Of a DNA stretch of 55,920 nt, positions 28,733 to 36,137 are shown piece by piece. Origin of the DNA: Myxococcales bacterium (GTDB lineage Bacteria; Myxococcota_A; Polyangia; Haliangiales; Haliangiaceae). Every line of letters begins with the position of its first letter. Within the stretch, counting starts at the first letter, position 1. The stretch lies in contig JADJGV010000034.1 of assembly GCA_016707895.1 (NCBI GenBank), forward strand, positions 885,625-941,544, in the 5' to 3' direction. The position numbers and the translations under genes are program-made. The notes under the pieces were generated by a model that saw nothing but the letters and a program-made list of their open reading frames with translations, searched no databases and had not been told where the DNA came from.

Positions 28733-28748
28733 ACCTGGCCGCGCGGCC
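28733..28748. other. perfect 16-bp palindrome CTGGCCGCGCGGCCAG between the Kazal-like gene and the SDR gene
   Basis: Read directly. Could be a short hairpin terminator or a protein-binding site. Confidence 0.3.
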
Positions 28749-28778
28749 AGATCGCCTCTTGTCCGCTACGCTCAGGCG

Positions 28779-29672
28779 ATGTCACTCGTCTCGTTGGTCA
28801 AGGGCCGCCGCGGCGCCAGCGGCTTCGGCTACGCGTCCACCGCCATGGAGGTCACCGCCGGCCTGGATCTCACCGGCCGCAACCTGCTCGTCACCGGCGT
28901 CACGTCGGGGCTCGGGCTGGAGACGGCGCGGGTGCTGGCCCACCGGGGCGCGCGCATCTTCGGGTGTGCGCGCGACCAGGGGCGCGCGGCCGCCGCGCTG
29001 GCGCCGCTCGGCGACGGTCACGTGCCGCTGGCGTGCGAGTTGGCCGACCCGGCGTCGGTGCGCGCGTGCGTCGACGCGCTGGCGCAGCGCGGCGACCGCC
29101 TCCATGGCCTGATCGCCAACGCGGGCATCATGGCGCTGCCAGCCCGCGAGGTCCGGCACGGTCACGAGCTGCAGTTCCTGACCAACCATCTCGGCCACGC
29201 CATCCTGGTGCTCGGCGCGGTCGGTCGCGACCTCCTCGCCGACGACGCGCGCGTGGTCATCTTGTCGAGCAGCGCCCACCGGCGGGCTCCCCGGCGCGGG
29301 ATCGAGTTCGACGACCTGTCGCTCGAGCGCAGCTACACGCCCTGGGGCGCCTACGGCCAGTCCAAGCTGGCGAACCTGCTGTTCGCGCGGGCGCTCGCCC
29401 GCCGCTTCGCCGGCACCCGGCGGACCGCCAACGCGGTCCACCCCGGCGTCATCTTCACCAACCTCGGCCGCCACATGGGGTTGGCGGCGCGCGTGCTCGG
29501 CCCGGTGGCGGCCGCGATCGCGCTCAAGAGCGTCCACCAGGGCGCCGCCACGCAGTGCTACGTGGCCGTGCATCCGAGCGTCGCGACGCGCAACGGCGAG
29601 TACTTCGCCGACTGCGACGTCGCCACCTCCTCGGCGCTCGGCCGCGACCCGGCGCTCGCCGAGCGGCTGTAA
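28779..29672 (+). CDS. SDR-family oxidoreductase (retinol/WW-domain oxidoreductase-like)
   Basis: LVTGVTSGLGLETARVLAHRGARIFGCARD (TGxxxGxG). NAGIMA. Catalytic YGQSKLANLLF (YxxxK). 297 aa. Confidence 0.8.
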   Translation: MSLVSLVKGRRGASGFGYASTAMEVTAGLDLTGRNLLVTGVTSGLGLETARVLAHRGARIFGCARDQGRAAAALAPLGDGHVPLACELADPASVRACVDALAQRGDRLHGLIANAGIMALPAREVRHGHELQFLTNHLGHAILVLGAVGRDLLADDARVVILSSSAHRRAPRRGIEFDDLSLERSYTPWGAYGQSKLANLLFARALARRFAGTRRTANAVHPGVIFTNLGRHMGLAARVLGPVAAAIALKSVHQGAATQCYVAVHPSVATRNGEYFADCDVATSSALGRDPALAERL

Positions 29673-29785
29673 ACTGTCACCGAGACGCTGCTGCAGACGC
29701 TGCGGTGATGAGCCGCGCGGCCCGCGCTGATCGGAGGCGAACGCTGCGACCTGTTACGGCGCGGCAGGGGCCGCGGGTCGGGGCG

Positions 29786-29953
29786 ATGTCCGCCGCGGTC
29801 GCGAAGCGCCGCGCCGTGGTCACGGTGATCGTGCCCCCGACGCGCTGATCGCCGCGCTCGCGGAGATCGTCCTGCGCGCCACCGGCCAACCGCCCGCGCC
29901 GGGCCGCGCGCCGCCCCGGCGTGCCCGGACGCCGCGGACCCGAGATCGCGTAA
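29786..29953 (+). pseudogene. TetR-regulator remnant (internally deleted copy of the 3' half of the 26899-27591 tetR)
   Basis: Nucleotide similarity to tetR regions ~27224-27270 and ~27470-27590 (..AVAKRRAVV..IVLRATGQPPAPRRAPPRR..) joined with a frame change. Too short to be functional. Confidence 0.45.
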
Positions 29954-30007
29954 TCCCCCTGTAATGGCCCGCGCGTGCGCCGTCGACGAAGCTCATCGCT
30001 GCGACAC

Positions 30008-31600
30008 ATGTCCGATGACACGTTCGACAAGCGCGCTTGGCACCCCGGGCGGGCGGACCACGTCGGTGCGTTCTTGGCCTGGGCCGCGGCCCGCGACCTG
30101 GCCCGGGGCGCGGTCGCCGAGCTGAGCGCCATCCATCGACCGCTGACCTTGGCCCTGGCGCGGCGCCTCGGCGCGGAGGTCGGCGGCGTGTTCGGCCACG
30201 ACCTCACCGCGACCGGCGCGGCCTTCGCGGCCGCGTGCTACTCGCTCTACCTCGAGGGGTGCGAGGAGCTCTCGGTCGCCGGCGCGGCGCTACGTTCGGC
30301 CGGCGCGTTGCGCGACGTGGTCGCGTGGCTCGACGAGCTGTTCGCGGACTGGTCCGCGGCGGGGCGCCCCGCGACCGCGCCGGTCAGCAGCGAAGAGCGG
30401 CTCGTGGGCCTGTCGCCACCGCTGCCCGAGGCGACGCGCGTGGTCGGCACCATCGCCGAGTTGACCGCGCTGCTAGCGGCGCGCGACGTCGTCGCCGGCG
30501 GCGAGGACGCGACCGCCGATCAGCAGTGGCTCGCCGACGTCACGGCCGCCGCGGCCGCCCTGCGCCGGCACCCCGCGCTCGACGCGACGTTGCTGGGGTG
30601 CGTGGCCCACGGCGCGTGGCATCGCGCGGTGCCGGTGGCGCGATGCCTGCTAGCGCTTCGCCCAGCCGCGGGCGCCGCCATCGTGCGCGCGTTCGAAGCG
30701 CGACCGCCGGCGGACCTCCTCGGCGACGCCGGCGCGCTCACCGTGGAGCTGCGGCGCGCGTTCGGCGACGCCTGGGCCGCCAGCCTGGAGCAGGCCGCGT
30801 TCGCCGCGCTCGACGCCGGTCGGGTGCCGCACCAGGTGCTGTCGCTGGTCGCCGCGCGCTGCACCGGCGCCGAGCGGGACCGCATCGTGCGCGCGTGCGT
30901 GGACCGGGTCAGCGACGACCGCGCCCGACCGCAGCTGCTCGCCGAGCTGGTCGAAGCCTGGGCCCAAACGGACGTCGGCGCCGGCCAGCCGAGCGGGGCG
31001 CTCACGGACGACCAGGTCTGCCAGGCGCTCGCGGCGGGCGCGTCGCCGCGCCTGCTCGCCAGCATCCGGCTGATGACGGCCCTCGACGCCGACGCGACGA
31101 TGAGCGCCGCGCGCGCACGGCGCGTGGCGGACGCGGTGGCGCGCGATCTGGCGCTGATCGCGACGATCCCGAGCCCGCGCCACCGGTACGAGGCCGCGCG
31201 CGAGCTCGCGGCCGAGGTCAGCGTCCTGGCGAAGGCCCCGGGCCTCGCCGACCTCCACCGACGTGCGGCCGCGATGCGCGACGAGCTCCAGCGGACCGTC
31301 GAGATCCGCAACGAGTTGCTGGCGGCCGCGCGGTCCGCGCACCCGATCCCGGCCGACACGCTGCGCGCCGGCCGCGAGTGGCTCCACGCAGCCGCGAGCC
31401 CAGCGGACATCCAGAGGATCGTCGACACGACATCGCTGGCGCGCAACCCCGGCAACGCCGCCGCGCTGTGGTCGCTGCTGGCCGCCTTCGAGCCCACCAA
31501 CCGCGAGTACGTCGAGCACGCGGCCGCCGGGGTCGCGGCGGCCCGGGCTGCCGGCCACGAGGTGCCTGGCGTCCCGGGTGACCGCCCATCCGAGCGGTGA
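30008..31600 (+). CDS. hypothetical protein (530 aa)
   Basis: Start MSDDTFDKRAWHPGRADHVGAFLAWAAARDL. Diverse composition. The overlapping minus-strand 515-aa ORF is an artefact beyond its first ~110 codons. Confidence 0.5.
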   Translation: MSDDTFDKRAWHPGRADHVGAFLAWAAARDLARGAVAELSAIHRPLTLALARRLGAEVGGVFGHDLTATGAAFAAACYSLYLEGCEELSVAGAALRSAGALRDVVAWLDELFADWSAAGRPATAPVSSEERLVGLSPPLPEATRVVGTIAELTALLAARDVVAGGEDATADQQWLADVTAAAAALRRHPALDATLLGCVAHGAWHRAVPVARCLLALRPAAGAAIVRAFEARPPADLLGDAGALTVELRRAFGDAWAASLEQAAFAALDAGRVPHQVLSLVAARCTGAERDRIVRACVDRVSDDRARPQLLAELVEAWAQTDVGAGQPSGALTDDQVCQALAAGASPRLLASIRLMTALDADATMSAARARRVADAVARDLALIATIPSPRHRYEAARELAAEVSVLAKAPGLADLHRRAAAMRDELQRTVEIRNELLAAARSAHPIPADTLRAGREWLHAAASPADIQRIVDTTSLARNPGNAAALWSLLAAFEPTNREYVEHAAAGVAAARAAGHEVPGVPGDRPSER

Positions 31601-31730
31601 CCGACGCGGCGTCGGCAGGGCTTGGCGGCGCAGCGAGCTCGAGCCCGGCACCGCGGTCGACGCTGCCGCCCAGGTGCGCCTCGCCGAAGATCGTCGCAGC
31701 GTACGAGTCGGGGGCGGGTGTCGCCGCCGT

Positions 31731-32055
31731 CGTAGCGCTCGCCATCGCTGCCGAGCAATGGGTCGTAGTTCTCCGGGCAGGCGGTCGGCCGCGACTGGCA
31801 GACCCCGGCACCATCGGCGATGCCGCACCTGAACTCTACCGGGTAATCGCAGAACTCATCGCTGGGGCAGGTCCCGCCAGCGAGCCCACCGCATTGTTGT
31901 CCGCTGGCGTCGTCGTCGGCACTGTCCAGGTAGAAGTCACAGCCGCCGGCGCTCCACAGCATCGCCACCATCGCAAGACGGGTCCGCACGGACCACTGCG
32001 CGAGCAGGAAGCGTGCCGAGCGCGCGGTGCGCCGCGACGCGCTGGCCGAGGTCAT
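31731..32055 (-). pseudogene. 3'-truncated/diverged paralog of the Kazal-like small secreted protein
   Basis: Encodes ..MVAMLWSAGGCDFY..QQCGGLAGGTCPSDEFCDYPVEFRCGIADGAGVCQSRPTACPENYDPLLGSDGERYD, about 70% identical to 28374-28712. Homology stops after YD (NAC lost). The frame runs on without a stop into antisense of the 30008-31600 gene. Confidence 0.35.
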
Positions 32056-32181
32056 CCTGCGCGCCACGGGCCGGGCCGCCGCGTCGCGGTAATGGTTCGC
32101 GCCGGGGTCGTCGCGCAGGCTGCGTGGACGATGAGTTCAACCGCGAATGGACGCGCCGCACCGGGCGTTCTGGAGGCCAAG

Positions 32182-33012
32182 ATGTCAGCCAGGATGAAGA
32201 TGCTGAAGGCCAGCACGACGTTGTGCGCGGTCGCGATGTTCGGTGGCTCGATGCTCGCCGCGTGCGCCGGTCCGCGCACGCCGCCGTCCGTCGGCGACGG
32301 CGCGGCCGCCTCCTCGCGCCTCGACGCCGCCGCGGCGCGGTCGAGCGGCGCCGCGCCCGACGGCGGCGTGGGTGGTGCCGGCGCCATCGACGGTGGCGGC
32401 GCGCCCGCGCTCGACGGACCCGCCATCGCGTGGTCGGGCGGCGTCCCCGCCGACGGTGGCGACTTCGTGGTGGTCGGGTTCCCCGCGGTGTCGCCCGACG
32501 GGGCCCGGGTGCTCGTGGCGCAAATCGGGGAGGACGGTGGCCGTGGCGCACCGAACCTGGTCCTCGAGGTCCGCGGCCGCGACGATCGCACGGTCGCGCG
32601 ACGGGTCGTGCTCGACGCCGACGACGTATTCGGACCTCCCCCGGCGGCGGCGCCGGATGTGGCCGCCGCCAACGCGTGGATCGCGACGCAAGGGCAGGGC
32701 GCCGCGTGGCGCTCGCTCGCCGCCGTCGAGGCCGAGGCCGCGTCGCTCGACGCCGGACCGTGGCGGTTCCGGCAGGGGGACGCCGAGCTGTCGGTCGACG
32801 GCGCGGCGCGGGTCCGCGTCCGGGTGGGGCAGCGCGCGGTCGTCAGCGCCGTGCGGCGCGGGTGGCTCAAGCCCAGCCCCGACTGCGTCCGCCCGCTGAA
32901 GGCCGACCGCGGGTTCGTCGATGCGGGGCTCCGGATCGCGGTGGTGGACGTCTGGTACCTGACCAGCGATCTGTGCGACGTCGACGGTGAGGCCCACGTG
33001 GTCGCGTGGTGA
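32182..33012 (+). CDS. lipoprotein (276 aa; paralog of 27684-28106)
   Basis: MSARMKMLKASTTLCAVAMFGGSMLAAC is a signal with lipobox. It is preceded by a TetR 3' fragment and a leader duplicated from 27.5-27.7 kb. Shares the SPDGARVLVAQIGEDGGRGAP segment with the short paralog. Confidence 0.5.
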   Translation: MSARMKMLKASTTLCAVAMFGGSMLAACAGPRTPPSVGDGAAASSRLDAAAARSSGAAPDGGVGGAGAIDGGGAPALDGPAIAWSGGVPADGGDFVVVGFPAVSPDGARVLVAQIGEDGGRGAPNLVLEVRGRDDRTVARRVVLDADDVFGPPPAAAPDVAAANAWIATQGQGAAWRSLAAVEAEAASLDAGPWRFRQGDAELSVDGAARVRVRVGQRAVVSAVRRGWLKPSPDCVRPLKADRGFVDAGLRIAVVDVWYLTSDLCDVDGEAHVVAW

Positions 33013-33022
33013 GGCGCGCGCG

Positions 33023-34933
33023 TCACGCCGACGCGCTGGCGGGGCCGTACTTGCGCGCGAAGAACGGGGCCATCGCCGCGAGGAGGCCGGGGACGTCGGC
33101 GTGCTCGGGCACCGAGATGCGGCAGATCTGGACGTTGTCCTTCTTCTGCGCGTTCTTGACCGCGGCCGACAGCGCGCCCTGGGTCGACTCCTCGGGGTTG
33201 ATGACGTAGAAGACGTCGGGCTTGCCGCCACCGGTCGACTGGCCGTAGCTCACGCGGCTCTTCACCAGCGCGGGGGCCGCCGCCAGCAGGTGCGCGACGA
33301 ACTCGTCGACCAGGTCGGCGTAGGTCGTCGGCGCGGGCGGCAGATAGAACGACAGCAGGCCGCTGGCGAGGCCGTCGGTGATCTGCTGTTCGGTGATCGC
33401 GTACAGCGTGATCGCGTGGCCGTAGGCGCCCAGCGCCGCGCGCAGGCCGTCGGCGAGCCGGGTGGTGTGCGCCGCGATGGTCGCCATGCGCGGGGCCAGA
33501 TCGGCCAGCCCGGTCGCCAGCTCGGCGAGCTGCTCGGGGCGGGCGAACGAGTCGGCGTCGCGGCCCAGCTCTCGCGCGCGCTCGACGATGCGGCCGGCGA
33601 GCGCGTCGCTCGCGCACGCGACCACGCCGAGGGTCGCCTTGCCCTTGGTGAAGTACTTGGACCCGCTCTTCACCAGGATGAACGGCCAGTCCTGCGCGAA
33701 GGCCTTGGCGAAGATGGGGTAGAGGGGCGCGAGGGTCGTGTCGACGAGCACCGGCACGCGGTGGCCGGTGCGATCGGCGTAGGCCCGCAGCCCGGCGAGC
33801 AGCGCGGGGAAGTCGTGGGCCTGCAGCTCGGGGTTGGTCGGCGTCTCGAGGAACACCACCGCCGGCCCGGTCTCGGAGGCGAGGCGGGCGACGATGCGGT
33901 CGACGATCGTCGCCGGTCGCCCGGCGGCGTCGGTGCCGAGCACCGGGAGCGGGGCCGGGCGGACGTTGGTCTGCGCGGGGAGCAGGTCGCCGATCAGCTG
34001 GCCGGTACCGCCGTAGCCGTTCTGCGCGTAGAACAGCGTCACCGGCGCGGGCCCGAGCACCTCCGCGGCGCCCGTGAACAGCGCGGCCTCGGCGGCCAGC
34101 CCGGTGCAGAAGTACAGGCTGTCGGTGACCTGCGGGAACAGGCTGGTCAGGCGCGCCTGGCAGGTCGCCGCGTCGGAGGTCGCGAGCACCGGCGGCGTCA
34201 GGCCGGCCGCGCGCGCCAGCTCGTGCTGGGCGTCGGCGGCGAGCAGCGCGGCGACGGTGCGCTTGCGGATGACCTGGATCGGCCCCGGCGCGATGCGCGC
34301 GGTGTCGCGCAGGAGCAGCACCCCGCCCTGGTGCACCGGGTAGCAGATCGCGTCGGCGGCGCTGGCTTGGACGTCGCCCTCGAACCGGCCGCTGGCGACC
34401 CACACCGTCAGCACGTCCGGACGCGCGGGCGGGAGCTCGTGGGCGTGCTCGTGCAGCGTCACCCCGGCGGCGACCAGTTCGGCCTGCTTGCGCGCCGACA
34501 GCGGCAGCGCGCCCTCGGCGAACACCCGCACCGGCAGCGCTCGCCGCGGCGCCTCGATGACCGCGAGCCACGGCTTGGTCACCGACGCGAACGAGAGGCA
34601 CCGCGCGGCGTTGGTGCGGACCTGCTCGGCGAGCTCGAACACCGTCGACAGTGGCTGCCCGAGCCGGGCGTAGTCGAACGGCAGGCCGCACGCCACGAGC
34701 CGCTCGCGGATGGCGGCGGCGCTGGTGATGTCCTCGACGGCGATGCCGGCGACCGCGCGCGCGAAGCGCTCGGCGAACTTGTCGTCCGAGTCGAAGCGGA
34801 ACAGATCGTACGTGGTCGCGCGGTGGTCCCAGTCATCGGGGAGCGCGCCCGGCTGACTCAGGAGGCGCGGGAGCACCTGCGCGAGCTGTGCGGAGAAGCT
34901 GGAGCCCAGGACGATTCGGCCGTCGGCGGTCAT
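33023..34933 (-). CDS. PLP-dependent Cys/Met-metabolism-family enzyme (cystathionine gamma-synthase/lyase fold) with ~250-aa N-terminal extension
   Basis: VFLETPTNPELQAHDF..VPVLVDTTLAP and LVKSGSKYFTKGKATLGVV align with the ESPSNP..VDNTFA and SATKYLNGH (PLP-Lys) motifs of the PF01053 family. The N-terminal 250 aa have no match. Confidence 0.6.
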   Translation of the reverse strand: MTADGRIVLGSSFSAQLAQVLPRLLSQPGALPDDWDHRATTYDLFRFDSDDKFAERFARAVAGIAVEDITSAAAIRERLVACGLPFDYARLGQPLSTVFELAEQVRTNAARCLSFASVTKPWLAVIEAPRRALPVRVFAEGALPLSARKQAELVAAGVTLHEHAHELPPARPDVLTVWVASGRFEGDVQASAADAICYPVHQGGVLLLRDTARIAPGPIQVIRKRTVAALLAADAQHELARAAGLTPPVLATSDAATCQARLTSLFPQVTDSLYFCTGLAAEAALFTGAAEVLGPAPVTLFYAQNGYGGTGQLIGDLLPAQTNVRPAPLPVLGTDAAGRPATIVDRIVARLASETGPAVVFLETPTNPELQAHDFPALLAGLRAYADRTGHRVPVLVDTTLAPLYPIFAKAFAQDWPFILVKSGSKYFTKGKATLGVVACASDALAGRIVERARELGRDADSFARPEQLAELATGLADLAPRMATIAAHTTRLADGLRAALGAYGHAITLYAITEQQITDGLASGLLSFYLPPAPTTYADLVDEFVAHLLAAAPALVKSRVSYGQSTGGGKPDVFYVINPEESTQGALSAAVKNAQKKDNVQICRISVPEHADVPGLLAAMAPFFARKYGPASASA

Positions 34934-35085
34934 GCGCGCGCAGCATATCCCGCGGGCCGCGGTCCGCGAGGGCCCGTGCGCCGCGGGCTGGTCGGCCGCG
35001 CAACCCCGCGTGCCGGCGCGCGGTGACGCGGACGTCTCGAAGCGCGCGCGTCGATCTCGCCGGCGGCGCCGCGCGCGACCGCACC

Positions 35086-36060
35086 GTGATAGATGGGCCC
35101 GTGGTCGAGCGCACTTGGTCGCACACCGTCCTGGCGGTGATCCTCGCGGTGGTGGCGTGTGGTGGCGAGCGCGCGCGGGAGCCCGCGCCTCGGGCGGCGG
35201 CGCCTGCGACGCGCCCGGCGCCGGCGGTGGGCGAGGCCGCCGCCGCGCCGCCGCCGCGCTCGCCGCTCGCCCCGGCGTTCGCGCTGCTGCCGACGGCGAT
35301 CGTCGCGGCCGAGCCGACGCCGATCGCGTGGCTCAACGATCAGCTCGTCGCCGCGGTGGCGCCGGTGTTCGACGCGGCGTGCTGGCGCGCGCTCGCCGCC
35401 ACGATCGACGGCTACTACGCGATCGACCTGGTCGGCGCGCCCGAGCGGGTGGTGTTCCATCCGCACCTGATCCACGGCCAGGTCGAGCTCGCCGCGCTGC
35501 GGGCGTGTCGCGTGCCGGCGGCGCGGCGCCGCGAGGCGACGCACGCCCGCGTCCTCGTGGCGTCCGACGGCGGCTTCTTCCCGGTCGTGTTCGCCGACCT
35601 GGGCCACGGCTGGTTCCTGATGATCGACGGCGAGATCGCCCCGATCCTCGCCGCGGCCGAGGCGCTGGCCGCCGCCGCCCCCGCGACCGCCAACCCGCTG
35701 GCCGACCTGGTCGGCCGGTCCGCGACGCCCGGCTGGCGCGCGCTGGCGGGCGACGTGACCCGCGCGTCGCTCGGCGTCCCCGCGCTGGGCGCGCGCGCCG
35801 AGTTCACCCCGTTCACCGGCCTCGGCCCGCCCCCCGGACCGGTGACCGTCACCGTCTTCTTCGCCAGCGCCGCCGACGCGCAGCGCGCCCTGGCGGCCGC
35901 GACCGCGTCGGGCGGCTCGATCGACCGCGAGGCGGTGGGCGACGTCGTGGCCCTGGCCGGCACGCTCGGGGAGGTCCGCGTCGACGGCGCGACCGTCGTC
36001 TACCGCGGGCCGGTCTCCGCAGCGCTGTTCGACAGCCTGGGGCTGTTCCGGGTGCCGTGA
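35086..36060 (+). CDS. lipoprotein, unknown function (GTG start inferred)
   Basis: The in-frame segment VIDGPVVERTWSHTVLAVILAVVACGGE gives a signal with lipobox. There is no ATG upstream, so GTG at 35086 or 35101 is the likely start. Confidence 0.45.
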   Translation: MIDGPVVERTWSHTVLAVILAVVACGGERAREPAPRAAAPATRPAPAVGEAAAAPPPRSPLAPAFALLPTAIVAAEPTPIAWLNDQLVAAVAPVFDAACWRALAATIDGYYAIDLVGAPERVVFHPHLIHGQVELAALRACRVPAARRREATHARVLVASDGGFFPVVFADLGHGWFLMIDGEIAPILAAAEALAAAAPATANPLADLVGRSATPGWRALAGDVTRASLGVPALGARAEFTPFTGLGPPPGPVTVTVFFASAADAQRALAAATASGGSIDREAVGDVVALAGTLGEVRVDGATVVYRGPVSAALFDSLGLFRVP

Positions 36061-36137
36061 TCGCGGCGCCGCGGAAGGGCGGCGTTGGTGACCCGCCGCG
36101 CCGCGGCCCACGCCCGGCCGACCGAGCTGGGTGATCG

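Noticed and set aside
30520-32067. 515-aa minus-strand ORF
   Set aside because: Only the first ~110 codons (the Kazal-like paralog) are genuine. The rest is antisense to the well-formed 30008-31600 gene and is Arg/Ala/Ser-rich.
26899-33012. Mobile element or IS-mediated duplication
   Set aside because: No transposase, integrase, terminal inverted repeats or target-site duplications were found around the duplicated segments. I treat it as a recombinational duplication, not a mobile element.
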